Part shown: positions 48,116 to 55,671 of the stretch, piece by piece | Layout of the letters: every line of letters starts with the position of its first letter | Position numbering within the stretch: position 1 is the first letter of the stretch | From: Candidatus Thalassarchaeaceae archaeon | GTDB lineage: Archaea > Thermoplasmatota > Poseidoniia > Poseidoniales > Thalassarchaeaceae | Length of the DNA: 64,000 nucleotides | Direction of reading: 5' to 3' | Assembly: GCA_023700245.1 (NCBI GenBank) | Contig: JAJPRE010000003.1 | Coordinates: 6,463 to 70,462 of the forward strand | The notes under the pieces: generated by a model | Seen by the model: only the letters and a program-made list of their open reading frames with translations | Told to the model about the DNA's origin: nothing | Databases searched by the model: none | Made by a program: the position numbers and the translations under genes

Positions 48116-49461
48116 CTATTCTCCTTCATAATATTTGGATGGTCCTCTAGGTAATTGATAGTTATATCGCCATTTATAAAATCTCTTTCATTCAATATTT
48201 GCTTATGTAAGGGAATCAATGTATCGACTCCAGTTAGAATAACCTCATCTAAGGTCGATGACATTTTGTTTATGGCCTCCATTCTCGTTGGCGCCCAACA
48301 AATAATTTTAGCTATCAAAGAATCAAAAGATGAAGGTATATTATATCCAGTATGGACATGAGAATCTATTCTTACTCCTTGACCTCCAGGCCAAATACAT
48401 TCCCAAATTTTTCCGGGAGAAGGAGCTAAAGTCCAGGAATTTTCAGCATTTATTCTTACTTGAATTGCGTGTCCACTCAGGCAAATATCGTCCTGTTTAA
48501 TTGGTAATTTTTCTCCTGCAGCAATTCTAATTCCCAATGAAACTAAATCTACTCCCGCTATCATCTCGGTAACGGTGTGCTCAACTTGAACTCTTGGATT
48601 AACTTCTAAAAAATAAAAATTCTTATCTTTGTCTCTTAAGAATTCAAACGTTGCCAATCCTTCATATCGTACTGCAATAGCGCCCTCAATAACTATTTCC
48701 CCTATTCTTTTTCTTTCCTCTTCAGATAACCAAGGGCCTTCTTCTATAATTTTTTGATGTCTTCTTTGTATTGAGCAACACCTCTCTCCAAAATAAACTG
48801 CGTTCTCCCCATCTCCAAGAATTTGAAACTCAATGTGTTGAGCATCTTCAATAAATTTTTCTATGAATACACGGCCATCTCCAAAAGCAGAAAGTGCCCT
48901 TCCTTGACAAAGTGTCAATGCACTACTAAATTCACTTTCTTTAGTTACGACTTGCATCCCGATGCCTCCACCGCCCGATGCAGCCTTAATGATTAATGGA
49001 AATCCAATTTCCTTTGAAATCTCTGTTGCATGCTTAACATCTGATACTGGTTCATTCGTTCCCTTTGCAATGGGTAATCCGGCTTTAGACATTATTTCCC
49101 GAGCAGATATTTTATCTCCTAAGAGCCTAAGTACATTAGAATCAGGTCCAATAAATTTAATTCCTTCTTCTTCTAATCTTCTTGCAAAAGTAGAATTTTC
49201 TGCTAAAAATCCATAACCCGGATGAACGGCATCAGCACCAACTTCTTTTGATATCTTCACTATCTCTTCAATGTCTAAATATGATGCCAAAGGATCTTCC
49301 CGAGGAATAAATATTGCTTCGTCTGCTAACCTAACTGGTAGTGACAACCTATCTTCTTTTCCATAAATGATTACAACCTCAATACCTAAAGAGCGCAATG
49401 ATCTAAGTATCCTAAGGGCTATTTCTCCCCTGTTGGCAATAAGTACACGGCGAAACATCAT
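48112..49461 (-). CDS. accC: Biotin carboxylase subunit of acetyl/propionyl-CoA carboxylase (no fused BCCP domain)
   Basis: VLIANRGEIALRI, the ATP-grasp GGGGIGMQVV and EVNPRVQVEHTVTE. The 449 aa length is typical of stand-alone AccC. Confidence 0.93.
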   Translation of the reverse strand: MMFRRVLIANRGEIALRILRSLRSLGIEVVIIYGKEDRLSLPVRLADEAIFIPREDPLASYLDIEEIVKISKEVGADAVHPGYGFLAENSTFARRLEEEGIKFIGPDSNVLRLLGDKISAREIMSKAGLPIAKGTNEPVSDVKHATEISKEIGFPLIIKAASGGGGIGMQVVTKESEFSSALTLCQGRALSAFGDGRVFIEKFIEDAQHIEFQILGDGENAVYFGERCCSIQRRHQKIIEEGPWLSEEERKRIGEIVIEGAIAVRYEGLATFEFLRDKDKNFYFLEVNPRVQVEHTVTEMIAGVDLVSLGIRIAAGEKLPIKQDDICLSGHAIQVRINAENSWTLAPSPGKIWECIWPGGQGVRIDSHVHTGYNIPSSFDSLIAKIICWAPTRMEAINKMSSTLDEVILTGVDTLIPLHKQILNERDFINGDITINYLEDHPNIMKENS

Positions 49462-49503
49462 ATTTACCTATGATTAGTGGAGTGTAACAAACTCTTTAAC
49501 TAT

Positions 49504-51333
49504 TCAGTATACATCTCTGAGATATCTTTTTTCAGTTTTCATCAATGTAGTCTCAACATAAATAGTAGCTTCTTGTTCGGTCATGTCACCATATTGATGG
49601 CATATTTTTATCAATGTCTTATGAACATCTTTTGCCATTCTTGATTTATCTCCACAAACATAAAAGTACCCTCCGCCATTTATCCATTGCCATATTTGAA
49701 GGCCATTCTTTTCCATTAAGTGTTGGACATACACCTTTTCATCTCCGTCTCTGGACCATGCCAGGTCATGATTATCGAGTACTCCTCGATTTTTCCAATC
49801 ATCCATTTCTTCCTTGTAGTAGTATTCGCCATCTTCGGTCCAATCTCCAAAGAACAACCAATTACGGCCTTCATCTTTATTCAAATCTCTCTGTTGAAGA
49901 AATGCCCTAAATGGTGCAATTCCAGTTCCAGGTCCGACCATTATGCAGTCCTTATTCCCATCTTCAGGCAAAATAAATGAACGAGTTGGAGACATAAATA
50001 CCCCTATTGAAGTTTCATCTACTTTACACCTGTCTGATAAGTATCCAGTAGTTAGTCCTGCTTTATTTCTATCATGGTAATTATAGCGTACTATTCCAAC
50101 AGTCAAATGGACAGTTCCGGATTCAAATTCTGGGCTACTAGCTATTGAATATAATCTAGGTTTGAGTCTATCCATTCCATCGATAAGCCCCTGAGGAGTA
50201 AATATTATATCATTAAAATCTCCAAGAGCATCAATATAATCTCTAGTCCACATATAATCCTCCATTGCACTATCATCAGAAGTTAATCCATCCCAAAGAT
50301 CGAAACTTGGATTACTAATTGAACCTATTTCATTATATCCTGGAGGTAAATCTTCTCCAATTCCAGTGCCTTCCCAGTTAATTACTAAATCTCCATTAAG
50401 TTCAGATATTCTTTGCCTTTTAATTATTTTAAAATCTACACTCTCAGAATTATCTTTAATATGTGTTCCTAACATATTAATCCATTTCTTTGAAACTCTA
50501 TGTATTTCATATCTGGAAGATAGTGCTTCTCTTATACTGCAAATTCCTAAATTTGTTTCTACTTCTTCGGCTCCATCAAACCCACAGATTGAGAGTAACT
50601 CATCAACTATCTCAGGAGGGCAAATTGGAATAACCCCTAATGCATCTCCAGCTTTATATTCTAATTTTGAATCTCCTAAATCGAAAACAATGTGCCTAGT
50701 CTCTTTACCTGATCCTTCACCATTTAAAATATAATTTTGAGTTAATTTTGAAATATATGGATTCTTTGCGCTCCATTGTCCTTTTTTATCTGATTTTTTT
50801 TCTTTAACAGGAAATGAATCACTCTCTTGAATAATTATTTCCGGTTGATTGTCAGTTTCAATAACATTCAAATCATCTTCAATTTCAGACATCTTTCGAA
50901 GAACTGCTTTTGACCATGCTTGTGCCTTTTCCTCATAGTCAACATCACAATCTACTCGTTCATGTATTCTTTTTGCTCCCTTTGATTCAAGCCATTTGTC
51001 CCATTCTTTACCTGATTCACAAAATAGGTCATATGATGAATCTCCAAGTGCAAGTACAGAGAAATTCATGCCATCCAATGAATCAATGCTGGAGTTACTT
51101 GCTTCTTCCCAGAGATCTTCAGCATTATCGGGTTGTTCACCATCCCCCCATGTACTGCAACAAATTAAAACTCTCTTTTGCTCCTGTAAATCGATTATTG
51201 ATATTTCATCCATTGCGCGAACGGTCGGATCTAGATTCAATTTCATGGACATGTTACCTGCTTGTATAGCAATATCTTCAGAATTACCAGATTGAGATCC
51301 ATAAAGGATTAGTATAGAACGAATGTCAGACAA
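49504..51333 (-). CDS. Diflavin NADPH reductase (CysJ / cytochrome P450 reductase-like): flavodoxin plus FAD/NADPH domains
   Basis: The FMN domain is ILYGSQSGNSEDIA ... LGDSSY. The FAD motif is RLYSIASS, the NADPH motif is MVGPGTGIAPFRAF, and the C-terminus is YVCGD...M...V...L....RYLRDVY. Confidence 0.85.
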   Translation of the reverse strand: MSDIRSILILYGSQSGNSEDIAIQAGNMSMKLNLDPTVRAMDEISIIDLQEQKRVLICCSTWGDGEQPDNAEDLWEEASNSSIDSLDGMNFSVLALGDSSYDLFCESGKEWDKWLESKGAKRIHERVDCDVDYEEKAQAWSKAVLRKMSEIEDDLNVIETDNQPEIIIQESDSFPVKEKKSDKKGQWSAKNPYISKLTQNYILNGEGSGKETRHIVFDLGDSKLEYKAGDALGVIPICPPEIVDELLSICGFDGAEEVETNLGICSIREALSSRYEIHRVSKKWINMLGTHIKDNSESVDFKIIKRQRISELNGDLVINWEGTGIGEDLPPGYNEIGSISNPSFDLWDGLTSDDSAMEDYMWTRDYIDALGDFNDIIFTPQGLIDGMDRLKPRLYSIASSPEFESGTVHLTVGIVRYNYHDRNKAGLTTGYLSDRCKVDETSIGVFMSPTRSFILPEDGNKDCIMVGPGTGIAPFRAFLQQRDLNKDEGRNWLFFGDWTEDGEYYYKEEMDDWKNRGVLDNHDLAWSRDGDEKVYVQHLMEKNGLQIWQWINGGGYFYVCGDKSRMAKDVHKTLIKICHQYGDMTEQEATIYVETTLMKTEKRYLRDVY

Positions 51334-51457
51334 TATATTACCCCTGATTTACATTCCTTCCGAATTGAAACCTCTTTATCAATGGATGCAAAAAAAGATT
51401 AGACATAATGCAACATTCTATGCGATTAAGTCAAGTCACAGGCCCGTATCCGGAACT

Positions 51458-52246
51458 ATGGCACGCATCGACTTCCTAGGCACAGGTAATGCATTTTCTC
51501 CTAAGGGAAGATTTCATGCTTTAGCCATAATTGATAAATGTATTTCAATCGATGCCCCTCCAACATTAATCTATCAATTACGTAATGCAAGTATCAATCC
51601 CGGTTCAATAAATAATATTTTATTTACTCACTGGCACGCTGACCATACTTTTGGATTTCCATTTATCTTACTGGAAAGAAAATATCTACAAAGAAATAAA
51701 AAAAATAATTTAAATATTTATCTTAGGCCAAATGGAAAAAACTTTTTAACGAATCTCTGTAAAATAGGTTTTCCTGGAAGCCTTGAAGATAGTTTTGATA
51801 AATTAGTAAATTGGAACGAATCAGAAAACTCTCAAATTATGGGTACAGATTGGAAATTTAATAGATTTCCAGTTTGCCACACTCCAGAAACTGATCCTCA
51901 TGGATATGAATTAATTCATAAAAATGGATTTGTTTTGTTACATTGCGGTGACTCAGGTCCATGTGAGGAAATAGAACTAAGATCAAAAAATGCGGATGTT
52001 ATAATTTTGGAAATGGGAATGCCGGACATAGGTAATTTTCCATACCACCATACTCCTGCAGATATTATTTCATTTACGCAAAAATTTCCCGATAAGCTCG
52101 TACTAGTAACACATAATTATGCAACTTCAAAATCCAAAGAAGGAGAATTTAAAATTCCAAAATTACCAAAATCAATTCATCAATTAGAGGATGGAGACTT
52201 TCTTAATATATCTGATGATGGTACATTTAAAATATGTAGTATTTGA
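51458..52246 (+). CDS. Metallo-beta-lactamase-fold hydrolase (RNase Z/ElaC-like)
   Basis: MARIDFLGTGNAF at the N-terminus and the HxHxDH motif THWHADHTFG. The start is moved from 51323 to the Met that precedes the conserved N-terminal strand. Confidence 0.72.
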   Translation: MARIDFLGTGNAFSPKGRFHALAIIDKCISIDAPPTLIYQLRNASINPGSINNILFTHWHADHTFGFPFILLERKYLQRNKKNNLNIYLRPNGKNFLTNLCKIGFPGSLEDSFDKLVNWNESENSQIMGTDWKFNRFPVCHTPETDPHGYELIHKNGFVLLHCGDSGPCEEIELRSKNADVIILEMGMPDIGNFPYHHTPADIISFTQKFPDKLVLVTHNYATSKSKEGEFKIPKLPKSIHQLEDGDFLNISDDGTFKICSI

Positions 52247-52432
52247 AAATATATTTCAATGGTATTAAAATTATGTTGCTTGAAATGTCCTAAAAATTAT
52301 GTCTAAAATTAAAGTCATAAGTCACACTTATTATCTTTGACTTATTCGCTTGGAGAGTTATGCTTGGGCGCAAATTACTAGGTAAGTAAAATAAGCGCTC
52401 TAGGATATAATATGATGGCTTTGTGATTTATT

Positions 52433-53671
52433 TTGGACGGGAATATTTTTGAAAAAATTCTCGGTCAGGAAAGTCTGTTTACAGATAGAAAGGCATTCGA
52501 TCATGGGTTCGAACCTTCCCGACTCCCACATCGTGATCATGAAATAGGTTCGTTAGTTAAAAATCTAGTAGATGCATTGCAAGGGCATATACCTTCGAAT
52601 ATGCTACTATATGGGGTCCCTGGTGCCGGGAAGACTGTTGTTACAAGATATGTACTAAATCAATTAAGGGAGAAGGGATTGGAACTAAATCAGAATGTTA
52701 GTACTTATGAAGTAAACTGCAGAAGTGTAGATACTAAATATAGAGTCATCCAAAATATGGCATCTCAAATTTATGAACGCGGCGACCAAGTAATACCTTT
52801 TACTGGCTGGCCGACGGATAGAGTACTAGAAACTTTAATCCAGCGTATGGATAGAACAGGAGGAGTCCATATCATCGTTCTTGATGAGATTGATAACTTA
52901 GTATCTAGGGCCGGCGATAGCCTACTTTACAATCTTACAAATCTTAATACTAGGTTAACAAATGCTAGATGTTGCATGATAGGAATAAGTAATGATTTAA
53001 ATTTTACACAACAACTAGATCCAAGAGTAACTTCAAGATTAAGCCAAGAGGATATCGTATTTCACCCATATGGGGCATTAGAAATTGAAAATATTCTCTT
53101 AGAAAGGGTAGAAACAGGACTAAAAGGAGAAGTACTCAAACCAGGAGTAGTAGGCCTTTGTGCAGCTTTAGCTGCGCAAGAACATGGTGATGCCCGTAGA
53201 GCGCTAGACTTATTGCGAATATCAGTCCAAAAAGCTGAACAAAGTGCACAAAATAAGGTAGATACAAGACACGTAAAGATGGCTCAAAGCCAACTTGAAT
53301 ATGATCAAGTCACACCAGTATTGAGGACACTCCCTCTCCATCAAAAACTAGTACTTTTTTCCATATGTATCAATGAACAAAATGGTTTGAGAAATATATC
53401 TACTGGAGATATCTATAGAACTTATTCCGATGCTTGTATAAAAATACAAGTAGAAGCACTCACAACCCGTCGTGTTTCAACATTATTAAATGAACTTGAT
53501 ACATTAGGATTGATAATTGCTAGGAATGTTAGTAAAGGCCGTGGAGGAAGAAGCAAACAAGTTAACTCTGCAATACCCAAAGCAATAGATGCAATATCAT
53601 TAATGAGTGATAATGAGCCATTAGTAAATGAGGCAGCTTTGGGTAAATATAAACTACAATCTCAATTGTAG
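52433..53671 (+). CDS. cdc6: Orc1/Cdc6 replication initiator
   Basis: TTG start. LPHRDHEIGSL, Walker A GVPGAGKTV, Walker B IIVLDEIDNL and GDARRALDLLR (sensor 2), followed by a C-terminal winged helix. Confidence 0.93.
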   Translation: MDGNIFEKILGQESLFTDRKAFDHGFEPSRLPHRDHEIGSLVKNLVDALQGHIPSNMLLYGVPGAGKTVVTRYVLNQLREKGLELNQNVSTYEVNCRSVDTKYRVIQNMASQIYERGDQVIPFTGWPTDRVLETLIQRMDRTGGVHIIVLDEIDNLVSRAGDSLLYNLTNLNTRLTNARCCMIGISNDLNFTQQLDPRVTSRLSQEDIVFHPYGALEIENILLERVETGLKGEVLKPGVVGLCAALAAQEHGDARRALDLLRISVQKAEQSAQNKVDTRHVKMAQSQLEYDQVTPVLRTLPLHQKLVLFSICINEQNGLRNISTGDIYRTYSDACIKIQVEALTTRRVSTLLNELDTLGLIIARNVSKGRGGRSKQVNSAIPKAIDAISLMSDNEPLVNEAALGKYKLQSQL

Positions 53672-53724
53672 TGCCCCCCAGTTCTCGATAATCATTATAC
53701 CACGAAAGCAATTCGCACAGAGTA

Positions 53725-54267
53725 ATGAAAGGCGATGCTATTGAATGGAAATCTTCCTTGAAGAGGCCTAGTATGCCTCTATCGGTGTCTGCAATTGCCA
53801 TTGGCTCATGGGGAATAATTCTGTCTATTGTGAATCTTTCTATAGGTGCTTATTCTCCAGGTAGAAAGGCCCTATGGTCAGGATTTATATTAAAATCTCG
53901 AGATTCTAATACCATTAACTTTGAAATGGTTATCGATGATTTTATATTCTTGGGATTAGCAGTATCTCTTTGCATTATTGGTTTTTTGAGCATACAAAAA
54001 TCTGTCGCTAAGAGGCCAAAAGGTGATAGTGAAGATATTTCGATTTTTGTCCAAGGTAAAATAAAATCGTTTTTTAATAATCTAACAACGTTAGAAAAAG
54101 GTATGCCCAAGTTTATTTCAAGTTGGTTAATAAGCATTGGAATTATTTTTTATCTTGTATGGAGCATTAATTATAACACTTGGATAGATCCTGGAGTTTA
54201 TTCGGTAATGATTACATTTATTTCATTCGGAATAGGAATTTTCGTTTTGGATAGTTCAAAAAATTAA
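53725..54267 (+). CDS. Hypothetical integral membrane protein
   Basis: 180 aa with four hydrophobic helices and no recognised motif. Confidence 0.5.
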   Translation: MKGDAIEWKSSLKRPSMPLSVSAIAIGSWGIILSIVNLSIGAYSPGRKALWSGFILKSRDSNTINFEMVIDDFIFLGLAVSLCIIGFLSIQKSVAKRPKGDSEDISIFVQGKIKSFFNNLTTLEKGMPKFISSWLISIGIIFYLVWSINYNTWIDPGVYSVMITFISFGIGIFVLDSSKN

Positions 54268-55305
54268 TTATTTTTTAGAATCAAATTTTTCTATTATCAT
54301 TTTGCATCTTCTTTTCGTTTCTTCTTCCGTTATTCTGACAACAATTCCTTTTTTTGGTTGCCCATATATCACTACTGAGCCCAATGGTGCCAATAGGTGA
54401 ATTATTAAAGGAGCCAAATCTTCCTCTCCATCTATTGATACCAACGTTGTATTCTTATTATTTAACCATGAATTTATTGATTTTTTACATGCATTAAATA
54501 GTGCGGGTGTCAATTCTCCAGCCAAATTGTCGCATTTAATTATTTCATCATAATTATCAAATTTTATTTCCTCTGATTCTACCCATATTTTTCTCTTTGT
54601 TTTACCATCAATTAACGCTATGTCAGGAGGATAATTTAATCTTTCAAGAGTAAGTACAGATACGTCTCCAACTGCTATTAATGGTACATTCTCATTTCGA
54701 TATTTATTTATTGCAATTCTCATGGCATATTCGGGATTTTTTTCTGGACCGGAAATTAATTCTCCAAATGGTTTTTTTAAATCTCTGATAACTTCATCTG
54801 TTATATTCAAAATTTCTGAGTCCCAAATTGATATTTGATTATTTATAGTTACATTCCAAGGTTCACCCTCTCTGTTAATTTCTCCATTTCTTATTCTGGT
54901 ACTAGAAATTGGTAAATTATCCCATGCCTCGACGTGTCCTATTTCTATGATTTCCAGTTTTTCTAATGAATTCTTTAATCTAATTTCATTAATTTCGAGA
55001 CAAATTTTTCTTGTCTCGCTAGAGCATATTATTGCTGTTGCATCAATGTGGGTTGTGGCCGGGCCATGATCATCATTTAAAATGCCAAATGTAATTTTTT
55101 TTATTTGTTCATAATCTAAATTATCAATAATTTCATCTCTGCGAATTACCCAAGAGTTAGTTGTTGGATTATTTTTTTTTGCAATCTCATCAGATATTAT
55201 CCATATCTCTATTTTAATACATTTTAATAATGCATCATTTATCAACTTCTTATGGCCTAAATGAAATCTATCAAACGTACCGCCGATTAGGCCAACTTTA
55301 TGCAT
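54268..55305 (-). CDS. Fused phosphopantetheine adenylyltransferase (archaeal PPAT) / GTP-dependent dephospho-CoA kinase (DUF359)
   Basis: The N-terminal nucleotidyltransferase motif is GLIGGTFDRFHLGHKKL. The C-terminal half has VGDVSVLTL....PDIALIDGKTKR and IDGEEDLAPL...APLGSVVIYGQPKKGIVV, typical of DUF359/DPCK. The start is set at Met-20 of the listed ORF, because the upstream 57 nt belong to the GC-rich structured island. Confidence 0.75.
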   Translation of the reverse strand: MHKVGLIGGTFDRFHLGHKKLINDALLKCIKIEIWIISDEIAKKNNPTTNSWVIRRDEIIDNLDYEQIKKITFGILNDDHGPATTHIDATAIICSSETRKICLEINEIRLKNSLEKLEIIEIGHVEAWDNLPISSTRIRNGEINREGEPWNVTINNQISIWDSEILNITDEVIRDLKKPFGELISGPEKNPEYAMRIAINKYRNENVPLIAVGDVSVLTLERLNYPPDIALIDGKTKRKIWVESEEIKFDNYDEIIKCDNLAGELTPALFNACKKSINSWLNNKNTTLVSIDGEEDLAPLIIHLLAPLGSVVIYGQPKKGIVVRITEEETKRRCKMIIEKFDSKK

Positions 55306-55332
55306 ATAATTCCTACAGATTTGTTTATTTTT

Positions 55333-55620
55333 TGTGCCCCGGGGTGTAACGGTCACCTTCATCGCGTTGGCTCTGGCGCCTGACCCACCCCGGGACGTCT
55401 GTCGAACTGTGTGGTAGTCCCTTGATTCATTCCTTTCAGTCCTCTGGGGACCTTTTCACAATCCGGCCACTTGTTTTGCGCCACAAATCATCCCGTTAGG
55501 TCATCGTGGTCTTCGACAAATGGTTTCCCATAACGTGGTACCGTAAATCATCCTAAGTCTCCGGCGTGGTGACCTCGTCGTTACGGTGTTGCCGCTTGGG
55601 CAAATTACGGTCCATGCATG
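55333..55620 (-). ncRNA. Candidate structured non-coding RNA (GC-rich island); family unresolved, minus-strand orientation favoured
   Basis: No listed ORF lies in this interval on any frame, apart from the first 30 nt of the extended 54268..55362 ORF, which I reject as coding. GC content is clearly higher than the flanks. Hand-found helices are CCCGGGGTG(55338-46)/CACCCCGGG(55386-94), GGTCA(55351-55)/TGACC(55381-85), ACCGTAA(55540-46)/TTACGGT(55605-11), TTGCC(55589-93)/GGCAA(55599-603), and a minus-strand AUGG-GAAA-CCAU hairpin (55520-31). GGAUU/GGUCC (55448-64) pairs fully only on the minus strand, via G-U pairs. There are four minus-strand GAUGA motifs, and ACA trinucleotides follow two of the stems. 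Confidence 0.55.
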
Positions 55621-55671
55621 TACTTGAAGAACATCTCGGTTTATTTTACGTTATTTTGATAATTTTATGCA

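Noticed and set aside
13338-55362. Long N-terminal extensions in the track ORFs at 9987, 13338, 18171, 21038, 23562, 23911, 34067, 37529, 51323, 55362 and 62050.
   Set aside because: The extensions begin at non-ATG codons or upstream ATGs, lack homology to the family N-termini, and often overlap neighbouring genes or structured elements. Internal ATGs with GGAGG/GGTG-like upstream elements give family-typical N-termini, so I trimmed the starts. The start positions remain predictions.
55333-55620. Attempts to name the GC-rich RNA as SRP RNA, RNase P RNA or 5S rRNA.
   Set aside because: There are local resemblances: GGUCAGG and GAAA-GGAAUGAAUCAAGG against 4.5S/SRP helix 8, ACAAGUGGCCGGAUU against RNase P CR-V, and CAUCCCG and CCUCUGGGGA against 5S. 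However, the universally conserved cores are absent or in the wrong order: SRP GGAA...AGCA, RNase P GGAAAGUCC, and the 5S motif order. I therefore report only an unassigned structured RNA.
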